A DNA stretch of 64,000 nucleotides. Source: Eledone cirrhosa. Taxonomy: Eukaryota. The notes beneath the pieces were generated by a model, which had not been told where the DNA came from, did no database searches, and saw only the letters and a list, made by a program, of their open reading frames with translations. The stretch covers positions 121,768,001 to 121,832,000 of the forward strand of contig OZ024741.1 of the NCBI GenBank assembly GCA_964016885.1. The letters run 5' to 3'. Positions 51,573-64,000 of this stretch are shown one piece after another. How positions within the stretch are numbered: the stretch's first letter is position 1; each line of letters opens with the position of its first letter. The translations under genes were made by a program, and so were the position numbers.

Positions 51573-52476
51573 TCTCGTATTTCACTGATAATAACTGTGT
51601 AACTCACAAAATAGTTCATTAGCCATAATACACAATACACTCGGGATTAAAATATTAAACTGAGATAAGAAATACGTATCGAGTGTTGCGTTAAAAGAAA
51701 AGAAAAAGTAAAAAAAGCAACTACAAAAAGAATAAAGTGTTTATTTTTTAATTAATCTATAATTTGATATGCTTTATAGATATTGGTGAAAAACTGAACA
51801 CTGAACAAGTTAACATGTACTCAATAAACAAGGCTACAGTTTCTAAGAAGAAAAAATATTCGACGTAAGTTCATTATTCTAAACTGAATCATCTCTCCCT
51901 CTCGTTAACCCTTTTGTTACAATTTTCACTCACCACGCATGGGTCGACTCGATGCTATAATACATAATAACACTTACTCCATATGTCAGTGGGATCGAAA
52001 ACGGGACATAATGATAACGAAGCAAACTCCTTAAACATTCGACCAAGCCGCGTCTATCCTTTAGTATAATCTTACAATTGGCAGACTCATTAGAACGTCG
52101 AATAGAATGATTTGCAGTAACATTCCGGCTCTCTTCACTCTGAGTTCAAATCCAGCTGGAGTCAACTTTACCTTTCATCCCCTCGTGGTCGATAAAAAGT
52201 ACCAGTCCAGTACTGGGGTAGATTCTTCCTCTATATCCCTATCTCTCTCCCCCTCACACTCATTCATTCTCGGAAAGAAAGCTGCTCTATTTCGACCTGG
52301 AGAGGGATGGGCTCCACCAGGTTTAAAATACCCCCAAAACGCCGTATGTCACTACGACGCCCCTACAACTCCAAAAGGAATTATGGGACCATATATAGAT
52401 ACATACAATAAACTATCATATTAAAGATGTATATTTCGTGTAAAATATCCATCACGATGGAAAGAGGATGGTAAGA

Positions 52477-52560
52477 GATTGTGTACGTCATATCGATATT
52501 GGGCATTGAAACCTTAGGCAGTGCTTTTCTTCCATGTATGAACATAAATAAATAATATAA

Positions 52561-52630
<70 letters not shown>

Positions 52631-52722
52631 TGTGTACGTCATATCGATATTGGGCATTGAAACCTTAGGCAGCGCTTTTCTTCCATGTATGAATATAAAT
52701 AAATAATATAAAAAAAAAAAAA

Positions 52723-52765
<43 letters not shown>
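52477..52765. repeat. Direct duplication of a unit of about 88 bp, each copy followed by A-run plus (TA)n
   Basis: GATTGTGTACGTCATATCGATATTGGGCATTGAAACCTTAGGCAG... at 52477 and 52628. Confidence 0.85.
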
Positions 52766-52769
<4 letters not shown>

Positions 52770-52880
52770 CAAATAACGAAACGAAATTAAATTTCGTTTC
52801 GTTTGTAACGAAATTTTCATAGAAAAAGCATATAACGATATGTGCTTTTACAATTCTCCAGAAGGGCCGGTAGATAGGTA

Positions 52881-52925
52881 AATATTGCTGATGAGTTGTA
52901 ACAACAACGAAACTAGTTCAATATT
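52881..52925 (+). ncRNA. Minimal type I hammerhead ribozyme, copy 1
   Basis: AATATTG-CTGATGA-GTTGT(aaca)ACAAC-GAAA-CTAG-TT-CAATATT: 7-bp stem I, intact core, palindromic stem III, GUU site. Confidence 0.9.
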
Positions 52926-53347
52926 CCTTGTCTGGCTTTCTGGAGAATAGAGGGAAGGTGTTCCCCCGAAAACCAGTATGACTCTAAAAACCGGTTTGTC
53001 TGTGTGTTTACATACAGAATAGCTGGGTTGCTCACAGTAAAGCAACCAGTGAAAGACTTGTTACACCTACATATGTATACGTGTGTGTATTCATATACAC
53101 ACTAGTATTTCAGTATGCATATGTAGATGTACATTTTTCACTTAATTGTTTAAGCGTCAGTCATACAAAAGTGAGTTACAAACGAAACGAAATTTAATTT
53201 CGTTTCGTTATTTGTTTTTATCGTCTCCGCTGAACCGGTGCGTACTCACACTCTATGCAAATTAGTCTGCCCACTACTAATTTTCATAGAAAAAGCATAT
53301 AACGATATGTGCTTTTACAATTCTCCAGAAGCGCCGGTAGATAGGTA

Positions 53348-53392
53348 AATATTGCTGATGAGTTGTAACAACAACGAAACTAGTTCAATATT
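53348..53392 (+). ncRNA. Minimal type I hammerhead ribozyme, copy 2
   Basis: Identical to 52881-52925, 467 nt downstream. Confidence 0.9.
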
Positions 53393-53615
53393 CCTTGTCT
53401 GGCTTTCTGGAGAATAGAGGGAAGGTGTTCCCCCGAAAACCAGTATGACTCTAAAAACCGGTTTGTCTGTGTGTTTACATACAGAATAGCTGGGTTGCTC
53501 ACAGTAAAGCAACCAGTGAAAGACTTGTTACACCTACATATGTATACATGTGTGTATTCATATACACACTAGTATTTCAGTATGCATATGTAGATGTACA
53601 TTTTTAACTTAATTG

Positions 53616-53892
<277 letters not shown>

Positions 53893-53899
53893 CTTTGTG

Positions 53900-54017
53900 A
53901 AGGCGTGTGGCTGAGTGGTTAGAGAATTGGATTCGCAATCGTAAGGATGTGAGTTCGATTCCTGGACCAGGCGATGCGTTATGTCCTTGAGCAAGACACT
54001 TTATTTCACGTTGCTCC
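53900..54017 (+). mobile_element. tRNA-derived SINE head with a CORE-like segment
   Basis: TGGCTGAGTGG (A box), GAGTTCGATTCC (B box) and GTCCTTGAGCAAGACACTT (CORE-like). Confidence 0.75.
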
Positions 54018-54639
54018 TTCTACCTGGATTTACGACCGATAGATAGTATTAGCAATTGGAAAGACCAACGGAAACATTGTTTCCTCGGTCCGCTTTGACG
54101 AAAGTCGATCGTTCTAAAAAAAAAATATATATATATAACATTTGAAATGCCATATTGATCTTTAATACTCGATGTGTATCTCTATTTAAACCGTGGTATT
54201 TCCAAAGTATCACTTACTAACAATTATTTTTGTAGACGTATAAAAACTCAATTGAAGCGAAGGGTTAATTTTACCAAATTGGCAATATCTTAACTGTTAG
54301 TCAGTTAAATGTAAAGTGAGAGCTTGAAATAACTCAATCAAAGACACGAGCACGCAATAACTAATAAATGTCCCAGTATTGTATATACAGGAATAAAATA
54401 GGTTTGTGTTCGTAACCGACCGGCATGACCAACTAATTGTAGATGTTAGTAAACAAGCTGGCTATATGCAGTGTAGCGACCGAAACACACACACACATAT
54501 ATATACATACATATGTATATGTGTATGTTTACATATATATGTGTATATATATATATATATGTTTGTGTGTATACATATATATACTTGTACATATATATAT
54601 ACATATATATGTGTGTGTGTGTGTATTCATATATATATT

Positions 54640-54677
<38 letters not shown>

Positions 54678-54678
54678 C

Positions 54679-54817
<139 letters not shown>

Positions 54818-56287
54818 CACGTATATGTATATATATATATTAGCCACTAACAGATTGTCTTGGATAGGTCTAGAGCGGAGTCACAACTAAAATTAGTCAA
54901 TACACTGGAATTTAACATAATAAAAAGTACTAACTAATACGGAGGGATGGACAGTTAAATTAAAGATTCCTTGTTACTTTCTCTGGGTAACGTCACAGAA
55001 TCTAGAAACAAGTCTCGCATCTATGGATCACTGTAGCTTATTCTATTTATTGTTCCTTAACATATTTCTAATTTTGAAATAAATTTGAAATTAATCAAGC
55101 AATCGGAGTGTTGGACAAATGCGCAGCAGTTTTTCGGAATTGTGCCAAAAGTAGAAAGAAATATTAAGTTGATGTTTTGGAAGAGAACTTAACCAAGATT
55201 TTTACATAAAATTATCATAGAAACTTTTTTTTTTTAATAAATATAGATAATTTTGGATAAACATGAATACTTTGGTATCATAGAACGAGGGCCGGCTTTA
55301 GACGATTTGGAATCAAAAGGATTAAAAAATAAACTTCAATCTGAAATCAAGTATTACTGAAATCATAATGTCTGTCTTTTTTTAATATTAGAGTAGGTGA
55401 TGAAAACCGATCTAAGGGAAATATTCGGGGAATAATAACGCAGATTTTGATAACCTTCATGACCTTCATGACCTTCATGCTATTATTCACAATACACTAA
55501 GGAAGGTGGTGATTTGGCAGAATCGTTAGAGCATCGAATATAATTCTTTGCGTTATTCTTTCCAGCTCTTAGCTCTTTGCGTTTCAACTTTGCGTCTCAT
55601 CGTTTCGGGTTCAGAAAACAAAGAACCAGTTCAGTATTGTATCTTATTTCCCTTTCTAACCCACCCCATCACCCCTTGTATCTCAGGAAGAAATCGACTA
55701 TTGTCACACCTCTCGACTAATGTGCTCTGTCGTGTGTGATCACAGCACCCCTATATATGTAAAGCTTGATTATGTTTAGAAAAAGAAAGAAAGATTAAAT
55801 AACGAAAACGAGAAGTGTGAGGAATCGGCAGACCCTTCGCCCCAGTCTAGACAGCATATCTTAACTGCACGTCGTGGACAGAAGGGCGAAGGCAATGCTG
55901 CGGAGAACTCCCAGCGACACCCGCTGCATCAGCCACTCCACAACATTACTCAAATGTTGTTTACATTACTATACAAATCTTCTTCAAATTACTTACACAT
56001 CCTCTTAACATTACTTACAAGTTATCAACATTTGTTAAATTAATTGTGTACGAAGGTCAACATTTACGCCTCTTCCTGAAGTTAAAAACAAAGATAGTGA
56101 TTTTTATTAAGAACAAAAAATAACAAAATTATTCATGTTTGTGTCTATATAAAAAGGAGATTCACACCAAAGAGGAATTTTTATATGTTCTTTTTCAAAA
56201 TGTTATGCAGTTATAAAATTAATCATTGGCATCTGCATTAGAAACTGCGAATATTTTAATTGGTATGTCATTTATCTTGAATTTCAG

Positions 56288-56411
56288 TCCAGACTTCACA
56301 GCAATTAGACCTGAGCAGTTGGCGTTTGAATTGACATACGTAACAAAAACATTAATTTTGAAGATAAGATCAAATGACCTTATAGAATATCAAAAGGCGA
56401 ACTTGCATTTG
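56288..56411 (+). CDS. RasGEF (CDC25) domain exon (PDFTAIRPEQLAFELTYVTKTLILKIRSNDLIEYQKANLHL)
   Basis: tttcAG acceptor and TTG|GTAAAT donor. Matches the p.elA.qLT.....lf..I...el start of the CDC25 domain. Confidence 0.8.
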
Positions 56412-56609
56412 GTAAATTTAAATTTATATATTAACAAAAATATTATTATATAAACGTTCCTGTTAGTTGATGCATTTCCAAACCAATCACCTTCTAAATT
56501 CTTCTCTTAAATATATTTATCAATTCTATCGGTGTTTAACTAATCTATTATCAACTCAATACTAACATTTTGATAATTATCACGTCTTTTTTAAAATTCT
56601 AATTCATAG

Positions 56610-56738
56610 TTAAATTCGAACAACACTGTTGCTGTGCTAATATCCTTTTGTGATCAGGTTACCAGTATGGTTGTCTCTGAACTGGTTAATCAAACGGATG
56701 CAGAGGACCGTTTGCTTGCCATAAAATATTTCATACAG
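56610..56738 (+). CDS. RasGEF domain exon (LNSNNTVAVLISFCDQVTSMVVSELVNQTDAEDRLLAIKYFIQ)
   Basis: ttcatAG acceptor and CAG|GTAAAA donor, 129 nt, phase 0-0. Matches the fN.vs.wV.seIl......R...i..FI motif. Confidence 0.85.
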
Positions 56739-57086
56739 GTAAAATTCTACCAATTTATAAAGGCTATATATATATATATATATTATACAATGATATTAAA
56801 TAAATGGAAACTGTATTTATAAAACCATATTTATTCTATTATATATATTTCAAGGGTACCAACAATTTTGGTACGCTATCATCAGATAAAATACAAAATG
56901 TTTTATACATATTTGACATGACCAAGGATAATATACCTTAACGGTTAAAGTTATCCCTGGAAAGTGAAGGGAAGAGAGAAGAAAAGTCAGATATTTAAAA
57001 TGATTAATATGAGTATGCAAATGATGTTTATATTAAAGGGCTGAAAAAACGTTATTTTAGACGCTATGGAAAATTTTAATAATTAT

Positions 57087-57272
57087 GGCGGTGGATTGGC
57101 AGTATCGGTAGAGGGTCGGACGCCATGCTTTCCAGCATAGTTACGTCCCTTTACCATCTGAGTTCAAATCCCGCCGAGGTTGACTTTGCCTTTCATCCTT
57201 ACGGGGTCGATAAAATAAAGTACCAGTAATGCACTGGTAATTGCTGGCCTTGTGCCTAAAGTAGAAACAATT
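57087..57272 (+). mobile_element. SINE family A, full length, inserted in the left arm
   Basis: Empty site visible in the right arm at about 59250-59270. Confidence 0.9.
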
Positions 57273-58631
57273 ATGATAAGGAAGGAAGAGAAAGAGAAAA
57301 GAATAACGTTAATTTGGGGGAAAAGATTTTTGTTACCTATATTATGAGTTATAAAATTATATGAAGAATTATGGTTGTAAGTATTTTTATCTTATTACAT
57401 TAGGATAGGTTATATGTATATAAATATCTCTCTATATATTAATAAGTTGCATATGCATTGATTGTTTATATAAACAAATATGAGTTACGAAGGATGTTGA
57501 AATTTTATTTTCAAGTTGTGAGATTAGAATAATTTGTGGATTCAAAAATTTTCAACATTGAGAATGTTTTCAGAATATTGTTAATTTAAAGAAGCCAAAT
57601 AAATAATCAAACTAAAATTGTTAAAGAAGAAGGAAAAGGAAGACCATTTGAACGTTAATTTAGGGGAATTACATTCAGATATTTGTCTATTTTATATGGA
57701 GAATTATTTATCTTATTATAATAATATATAAATATCTATATATATATTTTAATAATAGCATATGTATTGTTTTATTAAAAGGATAGTTTGTTTATCATAT
57801 GAGTTACGAGGGATGTTGATTTATAAAAAAAAAAAAAAAAAAAAGGTGTTTGTTCCTAATATAAGTTACGAGGGATGTTGATTTTATGTAAATAGATAGG
57901 TAGTTACAATTAATAAGGTTTAAATTAAATTAACGGAGTTATGTATAAAAAGTTTTTAATGATTGAAAGAAGGAAAGATAACTCCGATTTTTTTTTATTA
58001 ATCGCTAGTGTGGGATTAATTATTTAGTCTAAAGAAATATGAATATTTAAACATCATCCTGAATAGGATACATTTTACTAAACAGTTAATGGTTATTAAT
58101 CTACATTTAAAAATTAGCTTTAGAGGGTGTCATTAGAAAACTAAAGAATTAAGAAAAAAGAATTAAAGAATTAAAAAAAATTAAAATTAAAATTAAAATT
58201 AAAATTAGAATTATATAGAAGTACATAATGTAGAAGTATATAAATATATATAAATATCTATACATACACACGTATATATAATATATATAATACATTTTAA
58301 AGATATTATGATTTAGAGATATTAATATATTAAAAGTATTAAAAATATAAAATGTTAGGGCAGATAAGATCATTTTGGAAATTAATAGGAATATTATAAG
58401 TACATTATAAATTACATATAGTTCTGAATGTAGAATTTTGGCGATGTCTGCAACAACTAAATATTTCTGTCCTAAGGTTAATAGAGCTTTTACAATTAAT
58501 TATATAAACATTTTTTATAAATCAACATCCCTCGTAACTCATATTATAAACAAGCTATCCTTTTAATAAAAAAAATACATATGCTATTATTAAAATATAT
58601 ATATATAGATATTTATATATTATTATAGTAA

Positions 58632-58815
58632 GGTGGATTAGCAGTATCGGTAGAGGGTCGGACGCCATGCTTTCCAGCATAGATACGACCCTTTACGATC
58701 TGAGTTCAAATCCCGCCGAGGTTGACTTTGCCTTTCATCCTTACGGGGTCGATAAAATAAAGTACCAGTAATGCACTGGGTAATTGCTGACCTTGTGCCT
58801 AAAGTAGAAACAATT
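58632..58815 (+). mobile_element. SINE family A, full length, inserted in the right arm
   Basis: Empty site visible in the left arm at about 57705-57730. Confidence 0.9.
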
Positions 58816-59449
58816 ATAATAAGATAAATAATTCTCCATATAAATATAGACAAATATCTGAATGTAATTCCCCTAAATTAACGTTCAAGTGGGCTTCCTT
58901 TTCCTTCTTCTTTAACAATTTTAGTTTGATTATTTATATAGCTTCTTTAAATTAACAATATTCTGAAAACATTCTCAATGTTGAACATTTTTGAATCCAC
59001 AAATTATTCTAATCTCACAAATTGAAAATAAAATTTCAACATCTTCGTAACTCATATTTGTTTATATAAACAATCAATGCATATGCAACTTATTAATATA
59101 TAGAGAGATATTTATATACATATAACCTATCCTAATGTAATAAGATAAAAATACTTACAACCATAATTCTTCATATAATTTTATAACTCATAATATAGGT
59201 AACAAAAATCTTTTCCCCCAAATTAACGTTATCCTTTTCTCTTTCTCTTCCTTATCATAATTATAAAAATTTTTCATAGCGTCTAAAATAACGTTTTTTC
59301 AGCCCTTTAATATAAACATCATTTCCATACTCATATTAATAATTTTAAATATCTGACTTTTTTTCTCTCTTCCCTTCACTTTCCAGGGATAACTTGAACC
59401 GTTAAGGTATATTATCTTTGGTCTTGTCAAATATTTATAAAACATTTTG

Positions 59450-59511
59450 TATTTTATCTGATGATAGCGTACCAAAATTGTTGGTACCCTTGAAATATAT
59501 ATAATAGAATA
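59450..59511 (+). ncRNA. Type I hammerhead ribozyme (mirror copy on the minus strand at 56832-56893)
   Basis: TATTTTAT-CTGATGA-T-AGCGTACCAA(aattg)TTGGTACCCT-T-GAAA-TATATA-TA-ATAGAATA: 8-bp stem I, AUA site. Confidence 0.8.
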
Positions 59512-59682
59512 AATATGGTTTTATAAATATAGTTTCCATTTATTTAATATCATTGAATACTTACTCCAGAAATCTGTCGAGAGCTCTGAATGAGTTATAA
59601 ACATCTATATTTGTTGGATTTCCAACAAATTAAATATCTCTTCTACACACATACACACACACACACACATCCACACACACAT

Positions 59683-59879
<197 letters not shown>

Positions 59880-60299
59880 TGTGTGTGTGTGTACGAGACA
59901 TCTATATTTCATATATTTACATTCATTTGTGTGTCACACCTATCAAGAACAATAGGGCTATAAAAACACGGATCTAGCTTCAACGAGTAATCGAACCGTA
60001 ATCGTGGAAAGCCAAGCGAGAACTCAATTCTTGTCACTACAGCAGACACCATGTATTGGTTTCTTCTGCCTTGGGCACACGATTACCCAGAGAACATAAT
60101 TCAAGAATAGAGAAAATGACGATTGATGTTACTTTTAAATTTTTCCAAATTGTAGAGGTCAGGATAGCAAGAAAAGAAAATTCCTTAGGCGAGATGTGTG
60201 AGGAAATAAATTACAGAATAGAATTTGTGATTACATTTAGGAATTTCAACTGTAAATAGAAGAGGCTTAGCTACAAATCGGGTGCTCTATTTAAACTCA

Positions 60300-60970
60300 T
60301 GAAGACGAGGCAACAAAGAGGAAAAGTCATCAGAAAAACTTCGATAAATATATAGTAAATGTAACATTTCAACGGTTTAATAGTAATTGAAGCCGCGTGA
60401 TACGTTAATACCAATAATGTTGACATTCTTCTTTGGATTTTATCAAACTCTCAAGGTTCACAGCAGAAGAATCAGACCATATGCGTCAAGAGTACTGAAT
60501 AAAAGGAGGAATGGTAGATTTATAAAGATATAGGATATTTTCAAGTTAACCATTTTTCTGGCAATCGACATGATAAAAACATTCCAGCTCAAATCATTGG
60601 AAAATATCAGACCAAAAAGGCGTATATAGTTGCTCTCTTGCAGCATATGATCCGCCATACTAATAGAAGGCAAAAGTGTTTTTCTATGGTGATTAAAAGA
60701 TAGGTGTTTAGTCGTAGGTGAATTAAAAGTAACAAGCCATTTCTGGACCCACTCAACAATAGATCAAATGTAATATTCAAGATCAGCTTCCAATTCAAAT
60801 TCATCAGACATATCAGATTAACCCTTAAGTCATTGATAAAGAGTTTGTTAACAAGTATAGGCACCAACCTGAGAAAATATGTTATTTGGAAAACCATTGA
60901 TGAAAATTAAGAACAGTATAGGGTCCTGGAAGAGCGGGACAGACGGAGACTGACAGTGGGAGTTTGATAC
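60300..60970 (-). pseudogene. Decayed CR1/L2-type RT fragment
   Basis: SVPLFQDPILFLIFIN (degenerate GVPQGS.LGP.LF..FIN) and LFGLIFSNDLSWN. Confidence 0.6.
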
Positions 60971-62260
60971 CTTTGTGTTCGGACCTGATGTATTTGTATA
61001 GGTTTCACGGACATTATACGTCAAAAGTATTGGCAACTGCTTAACCATTGTTTATGTTTAACGCCCTAGCTTCACCAGAGTTATTGAAAGCATGACAGAC
61101 TCTCAGAAATAACTGTTAAAACATCAGCAGTTGATCATTAGAAACAAAAGTCATATTATTTATCTGAAATAATGAGGTAATGTGCTTAACCAATTCAGAA
61201 TTGATTAAAGCTTCAAATACTTTGCCAAAAAGAGACAGAAGACTAATAGGGCGATAATTAGACAGATCAGACGGTTCCACAGAGTTCTTAAAAGTTGGAA
61301 CAACAGAATAGCTTTTCTAACAAGAATCCGTGAGGCAATTGTAAAGTTTAGATAGACAAGGAGCTAGTCTAGGAACAATTCTGCTAGACTACGATGGGAA
61401 TTCTATCATGATATAACATCAGAAATCATGGAGGGAGTTATATACATATCGCGCAGTAGAAATGAAAATTCTAAATGAAAATTCTAAGTGAAAGATGCTC
61501 CAGATGATAGCTATTCGAATAGATAATTGGATTCCGATTAGCTTCGCTTGTGACTATTATATCTTTATTTGTGTTCTTGCACTTATCCATGTGTTTCAAC
61601 ATACAAGCATCCTCCTTCAAGAAACAAAACCATTCTTCATTGATCCTACGAATGGAACTCCATGACTTGACTATTGCCATAGCAACAAGGTGAAGGAAGG
61701 AACAGTCGAAAAGAAAATGAAAAAAAAAAAAATAACAGATATGTGTGTTCATATATATGACTGTTGTTTGATAAATCTACTCCTATTCCTCTGTTTCCAT
61801 CTGCCTGCATCTCTTTACACACCCAACATTTCAGAATTTCTCCTTCGATCTTGAATAACTTATATCCAAATACCGGGTCTTGACTGGCCACTTCCTTTTC
61901 GTGACGGCCACCGTCATGACTACAGGTGATCTCGGTCCCCGGACTACTGTTTTACTCCACAAAACTAGGACGAGTGCATCTCTCTCGAGGAAGGAACGAA
62001 ATGAGGGAGAATAGGTGATGTTGTGGGTGTCTTTGGCTGTCTAGTGCGGCAATAATATCACCTTTTCGCGTGCGATGTAAAACTTGCCCTCTCCCTCTTT
62101 TTCCCAATCTTTCCTTATCTTCACCCCGTTTTATCTTTTTTTTCTCTCCTCCTGGTTATTCTTTAATAGTTTTCTTTTTATAATTTCATCATTATATACT
62201 TCTATTCAACAATAATTTTGTATGTCAATTTATAAAATTAAAAATTTCTCATTAATGTAG

Positions 62261-62394
62261 GTTGCTAATATTTGTTGGAAATTACAAAATTTTAACACAG
62301 TAGGCAACATTATATCAGCCTTCCATCACCCAACAATATTTCAATGGAATAAAATATTGAAACATTTCAAGACGAAATATCCATTTTCCTATGA
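62261..62394 (+). CDS. RasGEF domain exon (VANICWKLQNFNTVGNIISAFHHPTIFQWNKILKHFKTKYPFSY)
   Basis: taatgtAG acceptor and GA|GTAAGT donor. Phase 0 in and phase 2 out. Matches the vA..C..l.NFn....IisaL....I.rl..tw motif. Not present in the ORF track. Confidence 0.85.
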
Positions 62395-64000
62395 GTAAGT
62401 ACCTTGTCTTCCTTTCATAATGATAGATCTTCCGTCGGTTTCGATGATGAGCATTCAGTCATTCGGTCAGCCGGTCGGATTTTTCAGCTCTTGAATTAAC
62501 GTTTAACACATGTGTAAGCACCCATAACTTAATTCTCAGAGAGATTTAGCATGACACAATATATGACATGGCTGGGCCTTTGGCTTATAGGTACAAAGTG
62601 TCATGTATTTATGATATATCAATTATAGTGTTGTTGTTTGTCCTCTGTCGCTTCAAGCTGATCGAACAACGGGACAGCCTGCTCCTAAATTGAACGTGCA
62701 CGTGGCTGATGATTCGACACATATGTGTACCCTTAATGTATTTCTCAGGGAGATTTAATGTGACTGCGTTTACAAAGCCGGGCCTTTGAAATACATGTAC
62801 AACTCCTTTATTATCAGATGAGTGAACTGAAGCCTTGTGAAATAACGTGTCTTGTTCAAAGCCACAACGCATCACCAGGTCCTGAAATCAAAGGTACGAC
62901 TTGATTTGAAATTAAATTGCGAGTGGTTGACTATTCCATAGACACGTGCAACCTCTACGTAGTTCTCTAGGAGATTCAGCATCACACAGTTTGTGACAAG
63001 GTTGGCATTTTGGAGTATAGGTACAATTATGTTTGTCAGCTGTGTTGACTAGTTCAACGTAAAATAAATGCAGAAGGATGGTACAAATATGATCAATGTG
63101 CTGGCGGGAATCGAACACATAACCTTAAGGTCGTGAGCTGAACACCCTAACCACTAAACCACGATTAAAATATGTACCACATTTAGTACATACATAGAGC
63201 GTCAGTTTAAATGCTTTGTCATATTTGTATCGTTCAAATACCACCGAGTTAATCTTCCTCTTTTATCTCTTTGTGGTCAATAAATAGTTCTATCCCAGAG
63301 CGGTCGAATGCGGTATCTGTTTCATTCTTTTCAAATCCTCCTGCTTGTTAGTGCGGAATAGAAATATAATATAACTGCCCCACCACATATCATTAAAAAC
63401 ACCCAGAGACCTCATATGAAATGGGACTATGGCTAAACCTACATATGTGTGAACTGTAAATTAAATTTTTTTTTTCTTTTTCCATTTTCATCTCATGTCC
63501 TTTGCAAAACATCAGTTGAATGTTGCCTCATAGTCCCATATGGCAGAATAACGAATGGGTTACTCCGGAGGTGTGATGGTAAATTTTTATTTAAGCATAA
63601 GGCCAGTAATTATGAGGGAAATAGGAGAAAGTCAATTATTTTCCAGTACTCGACTAGTACTATATTTTATTATACTCAGAAGGATGAAATACAAATCTGA
63701 TCTCGTTGCGATTTGAACTCAGAATGCAAAGAGCCGAATAAATACCGCAAAGCATTTGTCTAATGCTCTAACGGTTCTGCCTGTCAACTGTAATAATAAC
63801 AATGACAACAATATGCTTATTAGGCTTATTATTCATCACGAAAGAAATGTATATTACTTCGATAAATATTTTCCCAACGTGATCGGCGCGTTGTTTCTTT
63901 CAACAAGACTTTATTTCACGTTACTCCAATCCACTCAACCATAAAAAAACTGAGTTGCAGGAACAGCATCAACAGTAGGTAGACGTTAACGCTGTGATAG

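Larger units (their letters stand above)
56790..59552. mobile_element. Large intronic inverted repeat of an AT-rich PLE-like element
   Basis: About 56790-57830 and 58511-59552 are reverse complements, apart from one SINE in each arm. Hammerheads near both outer ends. Confidence 0.85.

Noticed and set aside
52848-53512. Duplicated 65-aa minus-strand ORFs as small protein genes
   Set aside because: Non-ATG start, antisense to the hammerhead repeat and no recognisable motif; the duplication is explained by the tandem unit.
53900-53975. tRNA gene
   Set aside because: A and B boxes are present but there is no good cloverleaf, and it runs directly into a CORE-like SINE segment.

Overview
AT-rich, microsatellite-dense animal genomic DNA; the SINE families and (TA)n/(CA)n density suggest an octopod cephalopod (inference from memory, not verified). 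Host genes, all on the + strand: (i) the last three exons (7272-10164, 12120-12216, 18886-19253) of a divergent RasGEF/CDC25-type gene whose catalytic domain appears split by about 1000 aa of repetitive sequence; (ii) a large exon with probable PH-like domains at 35535-36830 plus two small phase-compatible exons; (iii) three RasGEF exons at 56288-62394 whose last splice phase and protein context match the exon at 7272, implying tandem paralogues or an assembly permutation. Introns and intergenic DNA contain decayed hAT, RTE, CR1/L2, CRE, Helitron-like and SINE elements. The most striking signal is a dense, diverse set of Penelope-like (PLE) and retrozyme-like insertions next to (TA)n tracts. 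They show tandem-plus-inverted architecture and carry minimal type I hammerhead ribozyme motifs from at least seven sequence families, some with compensatory base changes. They include a near-identical 467-nt non-coding tandem unit with two intact hammerheads (52765-53616) and kilobase-scale intronic palindromes (13381-18745 and 56790-59552). All structures were read by eye; element boundaries are approximate.
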